A DNA stretch of 24,028 nucleotides from a virus (IMGVR_UViG_3300047288_000016:1-24028); one strand, 5' to 3'. Counted from the first letter of the stretch, positions 6,098 to 14,679 are shown. Made by a program: numbers and translations. Notes: generated by a model not told the origin, from the letters alone.

Positions 6098-7338
6098 TCA
6101 TCGACTACAGTCCTCGTGATCCGCAGATGGCGATACACAACGCTGTAGACAATCACCGTTTCGTGGTTGTGGTGGCTCATCGTCGTTTTGGGAAAACTGT
6201 AGCGGCGATCAACGAGGCGATCAGGGCGGCAATAGACTGCCAGCTAGAGCGTCCCCGTATCGGCTACATAGCACCTACCTACAGCCAAGCTAAGAGGGTA
6301 GCGTGGGATTACCTTACGCATTACACCCGTCCTCTGGGTGCGGTGGCTAACATTGCTGAACTCAGGGTGGACTTCTGGGATAGGCGTATCCAGCTATACG
6401 GGTCAGATAACCCTGATAGCTTGCGGGGACAGTATTTTGACCTCGTGATACTGGACGAGATTGCAGACCAGAACCCTAAGATATGGAACGAGATCATCCG
6501 TCCTGCGCTGGCAGATAGGAAGGGTAAGGCGATATTTATCGGTACACCCAAGGGGCAGAACCACTTTAAGGAACTGCGAGATAGGGCTGAGGTAGAGCCA
6601 GATTGGGCGCTACTAGAGTTCAGGGCTAGTGAGACAGGGATTGTCGCCAAGGAAGAACTGGACGCTGCCAGACGGGAGATGGGCGAGGATAAGTACGCTC
6701 AGGAGTTCGAGTGTAGCTTCCATGCCGCTATCGAGGGCAGCTACTACGGCAAGATACTGAACGATATGCTGCCTGAGAGGTTTACGGCAATCAACAGGGA
6801 TGACCTATGCCGGACATATACCGCATGGGACTTGGGCGTAGGTGATTCTACGGCTATCTGGGTGGCTCAGGTAACAGGCAAAGAGATTCGCCTGATGGAC
6901 TATATCGAAAACCACGGTGTAGGGCTAGATTGGTACGTCAGAGAGCTAACAGAGCGCTCCTGGCACAAGGCAGAGCATATTGTCCCGCACGACATACAGG
7001 TAAGAGAACTAGGCACAGGTAGGTCTAGGCTTGAGTTGCTACAGGAGGCGGGGTTCTCCTGCACCGTAGCGCCGAGGCTGTCTGTAGACGATGGGATACA
7101 GGCTGTGCGTAGGATGCTGCCAGACTGCTGGTTCAACCTGCCCGCCACCAAGCAGGGGCTAGAGTGCTTGCGTAACTACCGCAGGGAGTTCGACGAGAAG
7201 CGTAGTGTATTCTGGGACAAACCCTTGCATGATTGGGCATCCCACGGGTCAGACGCTTTCCGCTACCTAGCTGTGGGAATGAATGACACCACATCGTGGG
7301 GTAAACCTTTACAACCTAACACAAGGTGGATTGTGTAA
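6082..7338 (+). CDS. terL: Terminase large subunit
   Basis: Walker A HRRFGKT, APTYSQAKR, LRGQYFDLVILDE (Walker B), IGTPKG, nuclease AWDLG and HDWASHGSDAFRY. Confidence 0.96.
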   Translation: MVKEIVIDYSPRDPQMAIHNAVDNHRFVVVVAHRRFGKTVAAINEAIRAAIDCQLERPRIGYIAPTYSQAKRVAWDYLTHYTRPLGAVANIAELRVDFWDRRIQLYGSDNPDSLRGQYFDLVILDEIADQNPKIWNEIIRPALADRKGKAIFIGTPKGQNHFKELRDRAEVEPDWALLEFRASETGIVAKEELDAARREMGEDKYAQEFECSFHAAIEGSYYGKILNDMLPERFTAINRDDLCRTYTAWDLGVGDSTAIWVAQVTGKEIRLMDYIENHGVGLDWYVRELTERSWHKAEHIVPHDIQVRELGTGRSRLELLQEAGFSCTVAPRLSVDDGIQAVRRMLPDCWFNLPATKQGLECLRNYRREFDEKRSVFWDKPLHDWASHGSDAFRYLAVGMNDTTSWGKPLQPNTRWIV

Positions 7339-7478
7339 TGTGGGCAAGACCTAAAGGCAACCAGCCTACTAGAGAAGAATTTGATGCGCTGCTGCGTAGG
7401 ATCGAGGAGCTAGAGAAGAAACTAGCCGAGCAGCCTAAACGTGGCAGACCTAAGAAAGAGGATGAGCAGAATGGATGA
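7338..7478 (+). CDS. 46-aa coiled-coil protein with an AT-hook-like KRGRPKK motif
   Basis: MWARPKGNQPTREEFDALLRRIEELEKKLAEQPKRGRPKKEDEQNG*; coupled to the terL stop and overlapping the portal start. Confidence 0.65.
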   Translation: MWARPKGNQPTREEFDALLRRIEELEKKLAEQPKRGRPKKEDEQNG

Positions 7479-9558
7479 AGGACGCTTAAAGGCGATACTA
7501 GAGGACGAGATCGACAATGCCATTGGCTACCTCGATTCTGAAACCACAGAGGCTCGTGCCAAAGCGCTAGAGTATTACTTGCGCCAACCTTACGGGAACG
7601 AAGTCGAAGGTCGCTCTCAGATCGTCACGGGTGAGGTTGCCGAGGCTGTCGATGGTGCGCTGCCGCAACTGGTTCGGGTGTTTACGCAGTCGGACGATAT
7701 CGTGCGGTTTGAACCGAAAGGCCCCGGCGATGAGGAAGGTGCTAAACAAGCTACCGAGTACTGTAATTGGGTGTTCTACACGCAGAACCCTGGCTTCCTC
7801 GTCCTGCACAACTGGTTCAAGGATGCTCTCCTGCAAAAGACAGGCGTGGTCAAGGCTTACTGGGACAACAAGGTAGACGTTACCAAGGAAACCTACGAGA
7901 ACCTGACCGACGAGGAATTGATCTTGTTGCTGTCAGATGGTACGAGAGACGTACTGGAGCAGGACACGCAGGAGATCGAGACGGGTGATGTGGACGAGAT
8001 GGGTCAGCCTGTCATGTATCGCACTCACTCTGTCGTCCTGAGCAAGAAAACGACCCGTGGCGGCGTCAAGATCGAGAACATCCCTCCAGAGGAGTTCCTG
8101 ATCTCCAAGAAGGCGACAGATATCGTCAACAGCCCGTTTGTGGCGCATCGTAAGCTATTGCCACGGTCAGACTTGGTGGCGATGGGGTTTGACCCAGAGA
8201 TCGTGGCTGATCTGCCAGCGTTTGATGAATTGTCTTACACAGGTGAGCGTCTAGCCCGTTACTCTCAGGGTGAGCAACCACACCAAGACACGAGCATAGA
8301 TCAGTCTATGCAAGAGGTAGAGGTATACGAGTGCTATATACGCACCGATATGGATGGGGATGGCATCGCCGAAATTCGGCAGGTGTTTTACAGCGGGTCA
8401 GAGATTCTCAGCAATATTGAGACGGACTACATACCGTTCCACAGTCTCTGCCCAATCCCCATCCCGCACAAGTTTTTTGGCGAGTCGATGGCTGACCGCA
8501 CGATGGACATCCAACTAATCAAGTCCACCGTTGTGCGCCAGATGCTAGACAACCTTTATCTCAGCAACAACACCCGTGTCGGCGCTGTAGAGGGTCAGGT
8601 AAACCTAGATGACTTGCTGACCGCTACGCCTGGCGGCGTGGTGCGGATGAAGAACCCCAACGCCATTGTCCCGTTGAACGTGCCACAGGTGATCGGGCAA
8701 GCCTTCCCGATGCTGGAGTACCTAGACAACCAGCAGAGCAAGCGTACAGGTGTTTCAGATGCACAGCAGGGGCTAGACCCAAACATCCTGCAAAACGTCA
8801 CAGCAGCGGCTATTGCGGCGGCTACACAGGCATCTCAGGGCAAGTTGGAACTGATCGCCCGAATCTTTGCTGAAACGGGAGTTAAGAGCCTGTTTAACGG
8901 GATCCTGCAGCTTGTCTGTAAGTATCAGGACAAGCCTGCGATCATCCGGTTGCGTGGCAAGTACGTCCCGATTGACCCTCGTGCGTGGTCTAACCACTAC
9001 GACCTAGAGATTAATGTAGGCTTAGGCACGGGTAACAAGCAGGAGCAGATGGCGATGCTTCAGATGGTGATGGCAAAGCAGGAGGCGATCTTGCAGCAGT
9101 ACGGCCCCGCCAACCCGCTAGTAACAGTCGGTCAGTACCGCCAGACGCTAGGCAGGTTTATCGAGGCAGCAGGCTTTGTAGACTCTCAGGAGTTCTTCAA
9201 GGAAGTCCCGCCAGAGGTAGACCAAGCGCTTCAGCAACCACAGCCCAAGCAGCCTGACCCCAATATGCAGGCGATGATGCAGCAATTGCAGGCTCAGATG
9301 GAGATTGACCGCCAGAAAGCTATGGCAGATATCCAGTCTAGGCAGATGAAGGCTCAGTCGGATATTGAACTGGCAAGACAGAAAGCAGCAGCCGATATTC
9401 AGGTTAAGCGTGAGGAAGCTGCCGCAGAGTTGCAGATATTGCGTGAAAAGCTAGCTGTTGAGTTACAATTGCGGAGGGAAGAACTGTCTGCAGAAATCGC
9501 ACTTAAACAGCAGAAATTAGCTGCTGATTTAACAAACGATGTGAGGTTACCGGGATGA
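7471..9558 (+). CDS. Portal protein (P22-like, long C-terminal coiled coil)
   Basis: ~695 aa following TerL; DALLQKTGVVK, IPPEEFLI and RTGVS...QGLD motifs; Q/E/A-rich helical barrel; start at ATG 7471 behind GAGGA. Confidence 0.92.
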   Translation: MDEGRLKAILEDEIDNAIGYLDSETTEARAKALEYYLRQPYGNEVEGRSQIVTGEVAEAVDGALPQLVRVFTQSDDIVRFEPKGPGDEEGAKQATEYCNWVFYTQNPGFLVLHNWFKDALLQKTGVVKAYWDNKVDVTKETYENLTDEELILLLSDGTRDVLEQDTQEIETGDVDEMGQPVMYRTHSVVLSKKTTRGGVKIENIPPEEFLISKKATDIVNSPFVAHRKLLPRSDLVAMGFDPEIVADLPAFDELSYTGERLARYSQGEQPHQDTSIDQSMQEVEVYECYIRTDMDGDGIAEIRQVFYSGSEILSNIETDYIPFHSLCPIPIPHKFFGESMADRTMDIQLIKSTVVRQMLDNLYLSNNTRVGAVEGQVNLDDLLTATPGGVVRMKNPNAIVPLNVPQVIGQAFPMLEYLDNQQSKRTGVSDAQQGLDPNILQNVTAAAIAAATQASQGKLELIARIFAETGVKSLFNGILQLVCKYQDKPAIIRLRGKYVPIDPRAWSNHYDLEINVGLGTGNKQEQMAMLQMVMAKQEAILQQYGPANPLVTVGQYRQTLGRFIEAAGFVDSQEFFKEVPPEVDQALQQPQPKQPDPNMQAMMQQLQAQMEIDRQKAMADIQSRQMKAQSDIELARQKAAADIQVKREEAAAELQILREKLAVELQLRREELSAEIALKQQKLAADLTNDVRLPG

Positions 9559-9905
9559 GTGGGAATCCAGCGTTAGACAGACAGATCATGCAGGCTGTAC
9601 AGCCTCAGTTCGACCCAATGCAAGCTATCCAGCAGATGCAGCGTCCACAAGCGCAACCAGTACAGAACCCTGTATTTGGCGGCACGATCCCGATGAATTT
9701 CGGGCTACCGCAAGCATCTCAGATACCGCAGGGCTATACACCCCGGTTAGCGGGATTTACGCCTAGCCAAGCACCTATACAACCTGTAGCGCCAAAGGTT
9801 AACCCGCTGATGATGTTTGCTTTCGGGGATATGTTCGGTGGTGGGCAACCAAACGTAGGACAGCCAACGGCTGATGCGGTTGTCGGGTCTAGCCAAGGTA
9901 ACTGA
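9555..9905 (+). CDS. Q/P-rich low-complexity hypothetical protein
   Basis: ATGA overlap with the portal and TGATG coupling to the next gene. Confidence 0.6.
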   Translation: MSGNPALDRQIMQAVQPQFDPMQAIQQMQRPQAQPVQNPVFGGTIPMNFGLPQASQIPQGYTPRLAGFTPSQAPIQPVAPKVNPLMMFAFGDMFGGGQPNVGQPTADAVVGSSQGN

Positions 9906-10135
9906 TGGACAAGCCACAACTAGCGTTAAACCTATTGCGGGATGACTTTTTTATGGGCGAGATAAACGCTCTGAGAGAAGGATGCCTGAAACAGTTTGAG
10001 AACAGCCGAGCAGATGATTACGAAGTAAGGGAAAATTCTTACTTAAGGCTCAGGGCTATCAACGAGATTATTAGCCACTTTGAATCCATTGCCGCTGCAA
10101 AGCAGATGGAACAGAAACGGTGGAAGATACTGTAA
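9905..10135 (+). CDS. Small helical protein between portal and scaffold
   Basis: 76 aa; position typical of podovirus head modules. Confidence 0.7.
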   Translation: MDKPQLALNLLRDDFFMGEINALREGCLKQFENSRADDYEVRENSYLRLRAINEIISHFESIAAAKQMEQKRWKIL

Positions 10136-10195
10136 TTACTCCCATATTGGGATAATGCCGTACCTAGCGGATTTACTAGGAAAGAGGGTAAAAAG

Positions 10196-11167
10196 ATGAG
10201 CGAAAACATGACACCCGGTCAGGGTAGTGGGACGCTATCGGTGGGAGCAGCCGCCGAAGCAATGTTAGGACTGATGGGCGGTGAGGACTCGCAAGAGCAA
10301 CCCGTAACCGAGCCGGAGGTTCAGGCAGGAGCAGAAGCAGCCGAGGAACAGTACGAATCGCAAGACGAATACGAATCCGAAGCAGAGGATGATAACGCAG
10401 AGGAAGTTCAAGAGCAGCCTAAATACCGTGTCAAAGCCGCTGGCGAAGAACGGGAGGTAACGCTTGACGAACTTATTCGGGGTTATCAACTTGAGGCTGA
10501 TTACACCAAGAAAACCCAATCTCTCTCAGAGGAGCGCAAGCAGGTAGAAGCCGAGCGTGTGCGAATCCAGGAGGCAAACAAACTGAGGGATCAGTACGCA
10601 GAACGGTTGCAGATTATTGAGCAGATGCTCCAACAGCAACCGACTGAGAACTTGGAACAACTGAAAGAAACCGACCCAATTGGGTATGCAGTCAAGGTAG
10701 CTGAACAACAGCAGAAAGAGAAACAACTGCAAGCTGTGCAGATGGAACGGTTCAGAATTGCTCAACAGCAACAAGCTGAACAGACCGAGATGCTGGCGAA
10801 ACACGTTGCGACTGAAGCTGAGAAATTGGCTCAAGCTATCCCAGACTTTGCAGACAAGGAAAAAGGCGAACCCGTCCGTAAGGAAATTCGCAGTTTTGCT
10901 AAATCAATTGGCTGGACGGATCAAGAGTTGGCAAGTGTGTACGACTCTCGTGCAGTCCTGACGCTGTACAAGGCGATGCAGTACGACAAGCTAATGCAGA
11001 ATAAGCCCGATGTTGCCAAGAAAATGGCACAAGCGCCCAAGATGCTGAAGGCTGGTGCGTCACAGCAGCGCAGTCCAGATCAGGAACAAGTCAAACGACA
11101 AAAACAGCAGCTAAAGCGCTCAGGACGAGTGGCTGATGCGGCTGGATTATTTGAACGCTTTTTATAA
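10196..11167 (+). CDS. Capsid scaffolding protein
   Basis: Acidic N-terminus, VKAAGEEREVTLDELIRGYQLEADYTKKTQ, coiled coils; precedes the capsid gene. Confidence 0.85.
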   Translation: MSENMTPGQGSGTLSVGAAAEAMLGLMGGEDSQEQPVTEPEVQAGAEAAEEQYESQDEYESEAEDDNAEEVQEQPKYRVKAAGEEREVTLDELIRGYQLEADYTKKTQSLSEERKQVEAERVRIQEANKLRDQYAERLQIIEQMLQQQPTENLEQLKETDPIGYAVKVAEQQQKEKQLQAVQMERFRIAQQQQAEQTEMLAKHVATEAEKLAQAIPDFADKEKGEPVRKEIRSFAKSIGWTDQELASVYDSRAVLTLYKAMQYDKLMQNKPDVAKKMAQAPKMLKAGASQQRSPDQEQVKRQKQQLKRSGRVADAAGLFERFL

Positions 11168-11176
11168 GGAACTATC

Positions 11177-11230
11177 ATGGCTACATATACCGCCCATAGC
11201 GCTATTGGTCAGCGCGAAGATTTGACGGAT
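11177..11230 (+). CDS. Major capsid protein, exon 1 (codons 1-18)
   Basis: TAAGGA RBS; ATG 11177 gives MATYTAHSAIGQREDLTD, followed by an in-frame TAA that is the first codon of the intron. Confidence 0.9.
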
Positions 11231-12182
11231 TAAAGTTAGTCTAATAAACTAACGCCAGTCCCCTTCATATTTAGAGGCTGGCAAATGGGAAAGCTAAACA
11301 TTAGTAAGGAGCAGTTAGAAACCTTAAGTAAGACCAACACTTGTGAAGAAATTGGCAGGATGTATGGCTGTAGTGCAGAGTTAGTTAGACGAGCGATGCA
11401 CAAAAATGGTGTTAAACTGAGCAGGCGAAAGTTCGACCCCAGTAAACACGATTTAGAACAGCTATATCAAACCATGTCAATGCGGCAAATTGCCGATCAT
11501 TATGGAGTTGGTGAAACGGTAGTGTGGGCTAGGCTCAAAGAACATGGGATTGTTCTGCAAGAATTTGGTAATCACAGGCTGAAACCAGGAAGGATATTTA
11601 GCTTGGAACACCGAAAGAATTTGAGCAAAGCACACACGGGAAGATGGGAAGGTGATAAAAACCCGAATTGGAAAGGCGGGGTACATCATCAAAACTTGAA
11701 AGCTAGGGCAACAGGCGAATACAAGCAGTGGCGTATCGCAGCACTAGCAGCCAAGGGAAATAGATGTGAATGTTGTGGAGTTGAGCAAGACACAGTTTGT
11801 AACTGTTGTGGCGTAAAAATAAGACTCCATGTTCATCACATCAAACCGTTTTCTAAATACCCTGAATTAAGGTACGAACCGCTAAATGCTGAAGTTTTGT
11901 GTCCCAGATGCCATGCAGCTAGACATGATTGAATAATCGGGTGAATTGCTGGAACGCCCTTAGAGCCTTGAGTACCAAAGCGTAATAATCTCAAGGATTG
12001 GGTAATCAGCAGCCAAGCCGCAAATGTAAGGTGAAAACCCCAGGGTTGCGGAAGGTTCAACGACTAGGCAGTGACGAAAGAATAATCTGCCCACGAGCGC
12101 CCGACACGAAAGTGATGATATAGTCTGAGCTACCGTGAAAGCGGTAGAAGCAAGGATAAAGAGCCTTGCGATAACATAACTG
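11231..12182 (+). mobile_element. Group I self-splicing intron (952 nt, IA-like) carrying a homing endonuclease
   Basis: P1 with U.G wobble; P AATTGCTGGAA 11944; Q AATCAGCAGC 12004; R GTTCAACGACTA 12055; S ATGATATAGTC 12115; P3 TCGGGTG/CGCCCGA; P7 GACTA/TAGTC; P8 and P9 GAAA hairpins; terminal G 12182. Removing it restores the capsid reading frame. Confidence 0.93.
11285..11932 (+). CDS. Intron-encoded HNH homing endonuclease (2x HTH, NUMOD3-like, zinc-finger HNH)
   Basis: HTH-like CEEIGRMYGCSAELVRRAM and MRQIADHYGVGETVVWARL; FSLEHRKNLSKAHTG and GDKNPNWKGG; LHVHHIKP...N...LCPRCH. Confidence 0.9.
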   Translation: MGKLNISKEQLETLSKTNTCEEIGRMYGCSAELVRRAMHKNGVKLSRRKFDPSKHDLEQLYQTMSMRQIADHYGVGETVVWARLKEHGIVLQEFGNHRLKPGRIFSLEHRKNLSKAHTGRWEGDKNPNWKGGVHHQNLKARATGEYKQWRIAALAAKGNRCECCGVEQDTVCNCCGVKIRLHVHHIKPFSKYPELRYEPLNAEVLCPRCHAARHD

Positions 12183-13073
12183 GTTATTTACGACATCTCC
12201 CCCACCGACACTCCTTTGCTGAATACCTTGGCTCGTGGTAAGGCTACGGCTGTGTTCCACGAGTGGCAGACCGACAACCTCGCTGCTGCTACCACGGGTA
12301 ACGCTGCTGTTGAAGGCGCGGATGCTACCTCTGCTACGCTTGCTCCTACGACCCGTCTCGGGAACTATACGCAAATCGTGCAGAAAACGATTCAGGTCAG
12401 CGGAACGCTTGAGGCCGTTAATAAGGCTGGTCGCAAGTCTGAAAAGGCTTACCAGTTGGCTAAGGCTTCTAGCGAGTTGAAGCGCGACATCGAAACCATC
12501 CTGTTGAGCAACCAGGCTCGTTCGGCTGGTAGCGGCTCTACCGCTCGTAAGATGGCTTCCATGCTGTCTTGGCTCAAGACCAACACCAGCGAGGGTGTTT
12601 CGGGTGCTGATCCCACGACCATTGGCGAGTCGACCCGTTCGGACGGTACTGCCCGTACCTTTACCGAGCAGTTGCTCAAGGATGTGATTCGTGGCGTGTA
12701 CGAGTCGGGTGGTTCGCCCAAGATCCTGTTGGTCGGCCCCGCTGTCAAGCAGAAAGTCTCTACGTTTGCTGGCATCGCCGAGCAGCGTTACATGGCCCCT
12801 GCTGACGCTCCGACCACGATCATTGGCGCTGCTGATGTGTATCTCAGCGACTTTGGTTCGGTTTCTGTCGTGCCTGACCGCTTTATGCGCGCAACCGATG
12901 CTTTCGTGCTTGATCCTGAGTACGCAGCAGTCGCTTATCTGCGTCCGTTCGCTACCAACGAACTGGCTAAGACGGGTGACAGCGAGAAGACACAGATTCT
13001 CGCCGAGTTGACGCTCGAGATGAGAAATGAAAGTGCGCATGGACTCGTGACCGACATCAACGCTGCTCTCTGA
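12183..13073 (+). CDS. Major capsid protein, exon 2 (spliced product 314 aa)
   Basis: Begins VIYDISPTDTPLLNTLARGKATAVFHEWQTD; RLGNYTQI, KELKRD-like SSELKRDIE and LAKTGDSEK motifs of SU10/DUF5309-like capsids; follows the scaffold gene. Confidence 0.92.
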   Translation, partial: VIYDISPTDTPLLNTLARGKATAVFHEWQTDNLAAATTGNAAVEGADATSATLAPTTRLGNYTQIVQKTIQVSGTLEAVNKAGRKSEKAYQLAKASSELKRDIETILLSNQARSAGSGSTARKMASMLSWLKTNTSEGVSGADPTTIGESTRSDGTARTFTEQLLKDVIRGVYESGGSPKILLVGPAVKQKVSTFAGIAEQRYMAPADAPTTIIGAADVYLSDFGSVSVVPDRFMRATDAFVLDPEYAAVAYLRPFATNELAKTGDSEKTQILAELTLEMRNESAHGLVTDINAAL

Positions 13074-13083
13074 TAGAGAGATG

Positions 13084-13105
13084 GGGGAGGGGGCAACCTC
13101 TCCCC
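13084..13105 (+). terminator. GNRA-capped hairpin after the capsid gene (terminator or mRNA stabiliser)
   Basis: GGGGAGGGG-GCAA-CCTCTCCCC; no immediate U-run. Confidence 0.5.
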
Positions 13106-13124
13106 TAACCAACTATTTAGACAA

Positions 13125-13445
13125 ATGCCGAAAATATTCAATGTTGACCCCTACACAGGGAGACATACGGTAGCCCACGAAGATGGCGAAGGTGGGATCA
13201 TCCTAGAGACAAAGCAGGATGTATCTCAGATCATCGAGGGCAACAAGAAGATGTTCAACGAAGTTACCTCGTTAGACAGATGGGGTGACATTACTCACGT
13301 TGCTAGACTCCCTCTCACGGTTATAGATGACCTGAATAAAAAGGGAATTATGCGTGGGTTTCATGTTTTGAACGAAACGGAGTTCAAGGCGTTTTTGAAC
13401 CATCCTGACAACCGATTCTTTCGCACTAGACCGGGAAAAGTATGA
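13125..13445 (+). CDS. Conserved-type phage hypothetical protein
   Basis: 106 aa; QDVSQIIEGNK...FLNHPDNRFFRTRPG; located right after the capsid gene. Confidence 0.7.
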   Translation: MPKIFNVDPYTGRHTVAHEDGEGGIILETKQDVSQIIEGNKKMFNEVTSLDRWGDITHVARLPLTVIDDLNKKGIMRGFHVLNETEFKAFLNHPDNRFFRTRPGKV

Positions 13446-14086
13446 AGATAGCTATCTGCGTCCCATGCAGGGATCAGGTGATGGCTGGCTTCTGTTTTGA
13501 CCTCGCTAAATTGGTCGGCTATCACTCAAGAAATACCAAGGATGAGATACAGATTTACCAGATGCCAGGAACGCTAATCTTCCACCAACGGGAGAAACTA
13601 GCGAAAGAGGCATTAGACAACGGGGCAGACGCTATCCTGTGGATCGACTCAGATATGCGTTTCCCAAGCGATACGCTAGAAAGGTTGTTATCACACAATG
13701 TAGAGATTTGTGGGGTAAACGCTACTACCCGTGTTGATCCTATCAAGCCTACAGCGCTGAACCTAGACATCGTGGACGATAAGCCTGTGTTTAGCAAGGT
13801 AGAGACACGGGGCAAGGATTATGTCGAAGAAATCTCGGCGGTTGGGTTTGGTGTCACGCTGACCCGCAGAAGTGTGTTTGAGAAGATGGCACAGCCTTGG
13901 TTCGATATCCTGTGGACAGATGCAGGTGGGATTATCGGCGAGGATGTGCATTTCTGTATCAAGGCGCAGGATTATGGCATTAAGACGTATGTAGACCATG
14001 TGCTGTCACCTTACATCAAGCACATTGGGACGAAAGAATACTCATGGGATGATGTGAAATGGCAATCACCAACTACAGCGACCTAA
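13442..14086 (+). CDS. GT-A/GT2-like glycosyltransferase
   Basis: MKIAICVP, ILWIDSDMRF (DXD), VGFGVTL, GEDVHFC and HIG motifs. Confidence 0.8.
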   Translation: MKIAICVPCRDQVMAGFCFDLAKLVGYHSRNTKDEIQIYQMPGTLIFHQREKLAKEALDNGADAILWIDSDMRFPSDTLERLLSHNVEICGVNATTRVDPIKPTALNLDIVDDKPVFSKVETRGKDYVEEISAVGFGVTLTRRSVFEKMAQPWFDILWTDAGGIIGEDVHFCIKAQDYGIKTYVDHVLSPYIKHIGTKEYSWDDVKWQSPTTAT

Positions 14087-14679
14087 AGGCAACGGTTGCC
14101 AGCTACCTAGCCAGGACAGACCTAACGGTTCAGATTCCTGACTTTATCCAGTTGGCAGAGGTTCGCCTGCGCCGTGATTTGCGTATCCGGCAGATGCTCA
14201 AGTCGGCTACCACAACGATGACGGGGGGCGATCAGACGGTAGCATTGCCTACGGATTTCCTAGAACTGCGTGACCTGTTTGTAGAAACCAACCCTATCCG
14301 TGATCTGCAATATGTCACGCCCAGTGTGTTCTCTCGTAACGGACGGGTGACGGAATCAGGCTTGCCCGTGTTCTATACGATCATTGCGTCTGAGTTCAAG
14401 TTTGCGCCTGTGCCGGATGGTAACTACACGCTACAGGTTCACTACTACGCCAGACCAGAACTGTTAAGCGACAGTAATCCGAGCAACGTATTCTTGGCTA
14501 ACTGCCCTGACTTACTGCTCTACGGTGCGCTGATCGAGGCAGAGCCGTTTCTGATGAATGATGCCCGCATCCAACTATGGGCAGGAATGTATGACCGAGG
14601 GGTAGCTTCTCTGACTGCATCTGATGACAGGTCGGAAAACTCTGGTGTCCCACTTAGAATGACAACGACAGCGAGGTAA
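14059..14679 (+). CDS. Head-tail adaptor / tail tubular protein A-like
   Basis: YSDLKATVASYLAR...IPDFIQLAE, LPTDFLE and PDLLLYGALIEA; position in the tail module. Confidence 0.7.
   Translation: MAITNYSDLKATVASYLARTDLTVQIPDFIQLAEVRLRRDLRIRQMLKSATTTMTGGDQTVALPTDFLELRDLFVETNPIRDLQYVTPSVFSRNGRVTESGLPVFYTIIASEFKFAPVPDGNYTLQVHYYARPELLSDSNPSNVFLANCPDLLLYGALIEAEPFLMNDARIQLWAGMYDRGVASLTASDDRSENSGVPLRMTTTAR

Noticed and set aside
5451-6180. ORF-track starts at 5451 (+) and the 5743-6180 (-) ORF
   Set aside because: The coupled small ORFs and terS explain the region better; the minus-strand ORF is an antisense shadow.
11231-12182. Free-standing HNH insertion, intein or pseudogenised capsid
   Set aside because: An in-frame stop excludes an intein. 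The intact P/Q/R/S core and the exact restoration of the reading frame indicate a group I intron.
12216-13073. Capsid gene starting at TTG 12216, as in the ORF track
   Set aside because: There is no RBS, and the capsid-like sequence continues upstream to 12183 and into exon 1.
12057-13112. 351-aa minus-strand ORF
   Set aside because: It is the antisense shadow of the codon-biased capsid gene and intron core, with no recognisable motifs.
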